Positions 42,481-46,433 of a DNA stretch of 46,433 nt are shown piece after piece (positions within the stretch are counted from its first letter, which is position 1; each line of letters starts with the position of its first letter). Made by a program: the position numbers and the translations under genes. Under the pieces are notes generated by a model. That model ran no database searches. It was not told the origin of the DNA and saw only the letters and a program-made list of their open reading frames with translations. The stretch is from Planctomycetes bacterium UBA1146 (GTDB lineage Bacteria; Planctomycetota; UBA8108; UBA1146), in assembly GCA_963854815.1 (NCBI GenBank), contig CAWLAN010000002.1, positions 1 through 46,433 of the forward strand, in the 5' to 3' direction.

Positions 42481-43260
42481 GTGATATTGCGCTCATTCTC
42501 TCGAGGCTGGCTGCTGCTGGCGGTGATCGCCTTGATCGTGGCGGGTTGCAAGACGGTAGCCCCGGATCGATCCGTCTCGCCTGTAGTCAAGAAGCCCAGC
42601 CGGATACTGTTTGTCGGCAACAGTTTCACCTTCTGGCGCGGTGGACTCTGGACCCACATGAAACAACTCTCCGATGCCATGACTCCTCCGCTGGGATATG
42701 AAACATCTGCGGTGGTCAGAGGTGGAGCCTCGCTCGAGGTGATGTGGAATCGGACCGATGCCGCACAGCAGATCGCTACCGGCAACTGGGACGTGGTGAT
42801 CCTGCAGGAAGATCTTCCCGAGACGAATGTCGATTCGTTCCGAGAATACTCGCGTAAGTTCGTGCAAGCAGTGAGGGATGCCGGGGCTCGACCGATCCTG
42901 TTCATGGCGTGGGAATATGATCGTCTCAACTGGATCTCGCTCGATGAGATCATCGCCGCCCATCGAGAAATGTCTGCCGAGTTAAAGGTCGAGGTCGCCC
43001 CTGTCGGGCTGGCATGGAGAAATTCTCGTTCGGCAAAACCCGATCTCGACATGTACGCACGAGACCAGGAACACCCCAGCGTTGCCGGAATGTATCTGTC
43101 ACTGATGGTGATCGAGGCCACCATCTCCGGAGCCGATCCCCGTTCCCGCGATCCGGAACCTCTACCCATCCGGGGGCTCAAGCGTCTCGATCAAGAAGGG
43201 ACCGAGTTCCTGCGCGACATCGCCCACCAGTCGATCAACGAGTGGAAAGCACCGAGATAA
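42481..43260 (+). CDS. SGNH/GDSL-like hydrolase lipoprotein (259 aa)
   Basis: I chose the in-frame GTG at 42481, which has GGAGGGAGG immediately upstream. This gives (M)ILRSFSRGWLLLAVIALIVAGC (lipobox). Block I is ILFVGNSFT, block V is DQEHPS (Asp/His), and WDVVILQED lies between them. Confidence 0.7.
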   Translation: MILRSFSRGWLLLAVIALIVAGCKTVAPDRSVSPVVKKPSRILFVGNSFTFWRGGLWTHMKQLSDAMTPPLGYETSAVVRGGASLEVMWNRTDAAQQIATGNWDVVILQEDLPETNVDSFREYSRKFVQAVRDAGARPILFMAWEYDRLNWISLDEIIAAHREMSAELKVEVAPVGLAWRNSRSAKPDLDMYARDQEHPSVAGMYLSLMVIEATISGADPRSRDPEPLPIRGLKRLDQEGTEFLRDIAHQSINEWKAPR

Positions 43261-43269
43261 AAGACCAAC

Positions 43270-44382
43270 TCACTCGACTTCGTAGATCAGAAGGTGGCAA
43301 TCCAGATCACCGTTGACGAGCGGGATCTTGTGCTTCGGTTTCAGGTGGATGGCCTTCTCATAGGCGTCTATACCGGTGAGGATGGCGACTCGCCAGCCAT
43401 GGAGACGCCGGATGACAGTGCCCAACTGATCCGGAAAATTCGAATCGGTTTCGAGGCGTTTACCATAGGGTGGGTTGGTCACCAGCGTTCGTGAGGCTCC
43501 GTCGGCTTGCAGGTTCAGCACCGATTGCTCACGGAAAGCCAATTTGATCCCTGCGATCTTGGCATTTGCCCGGGCGATATCGAGAACCCCGGGATCGATG
43601 TCCGCGGCAACGATGGAAGGTTTCTGCCCGGTAGCCTCGGCACGAAGTACTCCACGGAGCTCACGCATTTCGCGGATCTCTCCCTCGCCATGACTGGCCC
43701 AGCGCTCAAAACCGAAGCGGTCACGCGCTAGACCGGGTGCCATACCCGATGCCCAGAGCGCAGCTTCGATGGCCAGTGTGCCGGAACCGCACATCGGATC
43801 GATCAGAGCTGACTGGCAATCCCAGCCAGACATTCGCAGAATCGCTGCGGCGAGACTTTCGCGTAGTGGTGCTTCGCCCGACCTTGCCCGGTAGCCGCGC
43901 ATATGAAGCGGTTGTCCCGACATATCCAGGTAAAAGGATGCCTTGTCGTTGGCCAGATAAACAAAAACCCGCACATCCGGGTCATCCTTATCGATCGACG
44001 GGCGATCCCCCTCAAGATCACGAACCTGGTCAACAACTGCGTCCTTGACTCTTAATGCGATGAAACCGCTGTGGGTGAGTGTGCTGCCGACAGCCACACA
44101 ACTGACCGACAGCGTCTGCTCGCTGGTGAGATACGGGGTCCAGTCGATGGCCCGAACTGCGTCGTACAGTTGATCAGCGGTCGTCACCGGGCTTCGCCCC
44201 ATCAACACCAGGATCCGCTGTGCGATGCGGCTCTGAAGACAGGCCCGCCAGCCTTCACTCCACTCGCCACGAAACGGGATACCGCCGCGGTTCAACCGAA
44301 CGCTCTTGAAGCCATATTCACGCAATTCATCACACAGTGCGGCTTCCGTCTGACGGATCGCTGAAGCGTAAAACTCCTGCAT
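43270..44382 (-). CDS. THUMP-domain class I SAM-dependent RNA methyltransferase (RlmL/YpsC-like, COG0116 type)
   Basis: There is an N-terminal ferredoxin-like/THUMP region. The SAM motif is DPMCGSGTLAIEAALWA and the catalytic motif is VTNPPYGKRL. I chose the ATG at 44380-44382; the track M at 44385 is a TTG. Confidence 0.88.
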   Translation of the reverse strand: MQEFYASAIRQTEAALCDELREYGFKSVRLNRGGIPFRGEWSEGWRACLQSRIAQRILVLMGRSPVTTADQLYDAVRAIDWTPYLTSEQTLSVSCVAVGSTLTHSGFIALRVKDAVVDQVRDLEGDRPSIDKDDPDVRVFVYLANDKASFYLDMSGQPLHMRGYRARSGEAPLRESLAAAILRMSGWDCQSALIDPMCGSGTLAIEAALWASGMAPGLARDRFGFERWASHGEGEIREMRELRGVLRAEATGQKPSIVAADIDPGVLDIARANAKIAGIKLAFREQSVLNLQADGASRTLVTNPPYGKRLETDSNFPDQLGTVIRRLHGWRVAILTGIDAYEKAIHLKPKHKIPLVNGDLDCHLLIYEVE

Positions 44383-44749
44383 CAAGATCCCGATCGAGGC
44401 TTCAGACGCCGAATCTCACGAATGACTGCAGCGGGATCGCGCAGGATCCTGTTGGTAACTCTTGGCATCGGTTTCAATCTACTCAGGCGAGACGTTTTCG
44501 ACAAGACGAACGCCCAGGGAGCCTCGATTCTCAGGCCCGTGGCCAGTTGGTGTATTCCTTCGCGAATTCGAGGTAGATAGATATGCGATCCCAGGGGATC
44601 AGCGGCAAATCCTCAGGCGACCGCCCTGGCAGATCAACTTCACATTTCAGCGCTATTTTGGCACCATCGCAGGTATGGATAAATCGCATTCAACCATAGA
44701 ATACCGATCCAATTTGCGACGGAAATCTGATCATAGGAAAGCAACACAC

Positions 44750-45964
44750 ATGCCCCTCCACACCCTGTTTGTCTCGATCATCGTGACCATATTGTCTCTT
44801 GGCGTCACAACACAGCAAGTCAGCGCCAAGCAGGCGATGGAAGTGAACTGGAAGAATGGTCTCCAGTTTTCCACTCCTGACGGCGAAATCCAGATCGCCA
44901 TCGGTGGACGGCTTCAAGTCGATTTCGGTTTCTTCAGTGAAGAGGACGTCGTCGACGAGGAGCAAAACGATGTCGACCCGGAACAAGACGGTGTCGAGAT
45001 GCGCCGGGCACGACTCGGTGTCTCCGGAGTCATCGGAGGCAATATCGAGTTCAAGACAGAGTACGATTTCGCGGGAGCAAAGGTAGCGTTCAAGGATGCC
45101 TGGGTGGGTCTGAAGGATGCAGCGTTTCTCGGCCGGTTGCGCATCGGACATCAGAAGGAGCCGATGGGACTCGAAACACTCACCAGCAGCAAGTACATCA
45201 GTTTTCTGGAGCGTAGTTTCACCTCCGCTCTCACCCCTTCGCGCAATACCGGAATCCTATCCAGCCATTCGCTCGGCGAAGAGAACCAAGGCACTTTCTC
45301 GATCGGCTACTTCAAGGATGCCGATGGCTCCGCCAACTCTCAGGATGATGACCAGAGCTCCGTCACCAGCCGCGTGACCTATCTGCCCCTCTACGAGCAC
45401 GCCGGCAAGAAGTTGCTACACCTCGGTGTCTCCATCAGTGCTCGTGACAGCTCCGATGAAAGTGTCACATACGGTTCCGACTCTCTCGCTCACCTCGGAA
45501 AAGACATCGTTTCTGCGGTAGTGGTCGACGTAGATCGGGTCAATCTTTTCGGAGTCGAGGCCGCTTACGTACAGGGCCCCTTCTCCCTCCAGGGTGAACT
45601 CGTCACCTCCAGCATCGATGACGATATCGAAGCATCCGCCTGGTATGTGCAGGGCAGTTACTTCGTCACCGGAGAGAGCCGGCCCTACAAGAAAACCGCT
45701 GGTTCATTCTCGAGCATCGAGCCCCTGAACAACTACGGTGATGACGGCACCGGCGCCATCGAACTGGCAGTCCGTATGCAGGAGATCGATCTGGATGAGA
45801 TGGTTGCAGGGGAAAGCGCAGAAGCGCTGTCGCTCGGAGTGAATTGGCACCTCAATCCGAACGCTCGGGTCAAATTCAACATCATCGACGCTTCCCCCGA
45901 TAAGGCCTCAGAATACGGCAACGATGTCACCTGTTACGTCATGAGATTCGAAATCAACTTCTGA
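44750..45964 (+). CDS. Phosphate-selective porin O/P family outer-membrane porin (404 aa)
   Basis: I chose the ATG at 44750; the track start at 44462 is over-extended. The signal peptide is MPLHTLFVSIIVTILSLGVTTQQVSA. WKNGLQFSTPDGEIQIAIGGRLQVDF, RRARLGVSG....FKTEYDFA and FKDAWVGLKD...GRLRIGHQKEPMGLE are typical Porin_O_P segments. The terminal residue is F. Confidence 0.85.
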   Translation: MPLHTLFVSIIVTILSLGVTTQQVSAKQAMEVNWKNGLQFSTPDGEIQIAIGGRLQVDFGFFSEEDVVDEEQNDVDPEQDGVEMRRARLGVSGVIGGNIEFKTEYDFAGAKVAFKDAWVGLKDAAFLGRLRIGHQKEPMGLETLTSSKYISFLERSFTSALTPSRNTGILSSHSLGEENQGTFSIGYFKDADGSANSQDDDQSSVTSRVTYLPLYEHAGKKLLHLGVSISARDSSDESVTYGSDSLAHLGKDIVSAVVVDVDRVNLFGVEAAYVQGPFSLQGELVTSSIDDDIEASAWYVQGSYFVTGESRPYKKTAGSFSSIEPLNNYGDDGTGAIELAVRMQEIDLDEMVAGESAEALSLGVNWHLNPNARVKFNIIDASPDKASEYGNDVTCYVMRFEINF

Positions 45965-46095
45965 TCAACGTTAGGATTCTCATCCGGAAGCAAATTCTGT
46001 AATAATCCAGCAGGGAGCGAGTTGGCTCGACTCCCCTCCCCGGGGTCAGTTGAAGTTGGTCCTGAGTTTGTTCGTAACTGATAGCAGGAGAATTG

Positions 46096-46433
46096 ATGCG
46101 TACCATCGCCAGTTTGTTCGGAAGATCTCCTTTCGTGCCACTGCAATCGCACATGCGTAAGGTCAGCGAATGCATCGACGGTGTGGGCGAACTGTTCCAG
46201 GTTTTCGTCAGCGAGGATCATGACTCCATCGGAGAAATCGCACGCAGGATCTCCAAGACGGAACATGAAGCCGATCTGGTCAAGCACGACATCCGGAATA
46301 ACATGCCGAGAGGTCTGTTTCTGCCTGTCGATCGGAGCAACTTGCTGGAGATCCTCTCCACCCAGGACGAGATTGCAGATACGGCGGAAAATATCGGGGT
46401 CCTCTGCAACCTGAAGAAACTTCCAGTTCCGGA
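46096..46433 (+). CDS. DUF47 family protein (PhoU-like, phosphate-transport accessory/regulator type). Only the 5' part is present; it runs off the window.
   Basis: The ATG at 46096 has AGGAG 5 nt upstream, and the frame is open to the window end (absent from the track). My translation is MRTIASLFGRSPFVPLQSHMRKVSECIDGVGELFQVF....ISKTEHEADLVKHDIRNNMPRGLFLPVDRSNLLEILSTQDEIADTAENIG. This fits the DUF47 pattern (E.eAD.....i...l....f.P.dR.dl..l....D.I.D). Confidence 0.8.
   Translation, partial: MRTIASLFGRSPFVPLQSHMRKVSECIDGVGELFQVFVSEDHDSIGEIARRISKTEHEADLVKHDIRNNMPRGLFLPVDRSNLLEILSTQDEIADTAENIGVLCNLKKLPVP

Noticed and set aside
44383-44749. Search for a Pho box upstream of the OprO/P-type porin
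   Set aside because: I found no CTGTCAT-type direct repeats at 11-bp spacing. The nearest candidate (TTCACATTTCAGCGCTATTTTGGCACC, around 44638-44664) has no repeated half-site.
45965-46095. An imperfect hairpin GGGAGCGAG-TTGG-CTCGACTCCC between the porin and DUF47 genes, considered as a terminator
   Set aside because: The stem is bulged and no T-tract follows. The two genes may well be co-transcribed.
1-46433. Scan for CRISPR arrays, IS elements, prophage genes, toxin-antitoxin pairs or known defence-system signatures
   Set aside because: I saw no regularly spaced repeats, no transposase, integrase or phage structural motifs, and no nuclease/ATPase/helicase combinations typical of defence islands. 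The only helicase-like gene is canonical uvrB.

Overview
This is a 46.4-kb, gene-dense chromosomal segment with about 35 CDS and 2 tRNAs. I found no transposase, integrase, CRISPR array or recognisable defence system. The gene content (DUF1570 peptidases, a DUF4388/TPR protein, FG-GAP and dockerin-type secreted proteins, many signal peptides) suggests a Planctomycetota/PVC-type bacterium; this is inference only.

Left part (1-20.5 kb): a partial large NAD-glutamate dehydrogenase that the ORF track misses because it has no stop in the window; tandem DUF1570 metallopeptidase paralogues; a membrane-anchored kinase-like protein lacking catalytic motifs; a tightly overlapping minus-strand chain nadC-DUF2062-DUF192-ComEA-like-uvrB; and a UDPGP-family nucleotidyltransferase coupled to two TPR proteins.

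Middle part (21-40.5 kb, starting after tRNA-Cys): almost exclusively secreted or envelope proteins. Five of them (an FG-GAP propeller protein, a DUF1111 di-haem protein, a penicillin-acylase-family Ntn hydrolase, and two proteins of unknown function) share an approximately 85-aa dockerin-like double EF-hand module with a conserved Cys-containing tail. An ECF sigma/anti-sigma pair is embedded in this region. This shared module is the most interesting signal in the window.

Right part: an orphan ATP-grasp enzyme, an SGNH lipoprotein, a THUMP methyltransferase, and an OprO/P-type porin next to a DUF47 (PhoU-like) gene.

Two cautions about the ORF track. It renders GTG/TTG starts as M. Many of its ORFs are antisense shadows or N-terminally over-extended. 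I re-set several starts using signal peptides, Shine-Dalgarno motifs and neighbouring stop codons.
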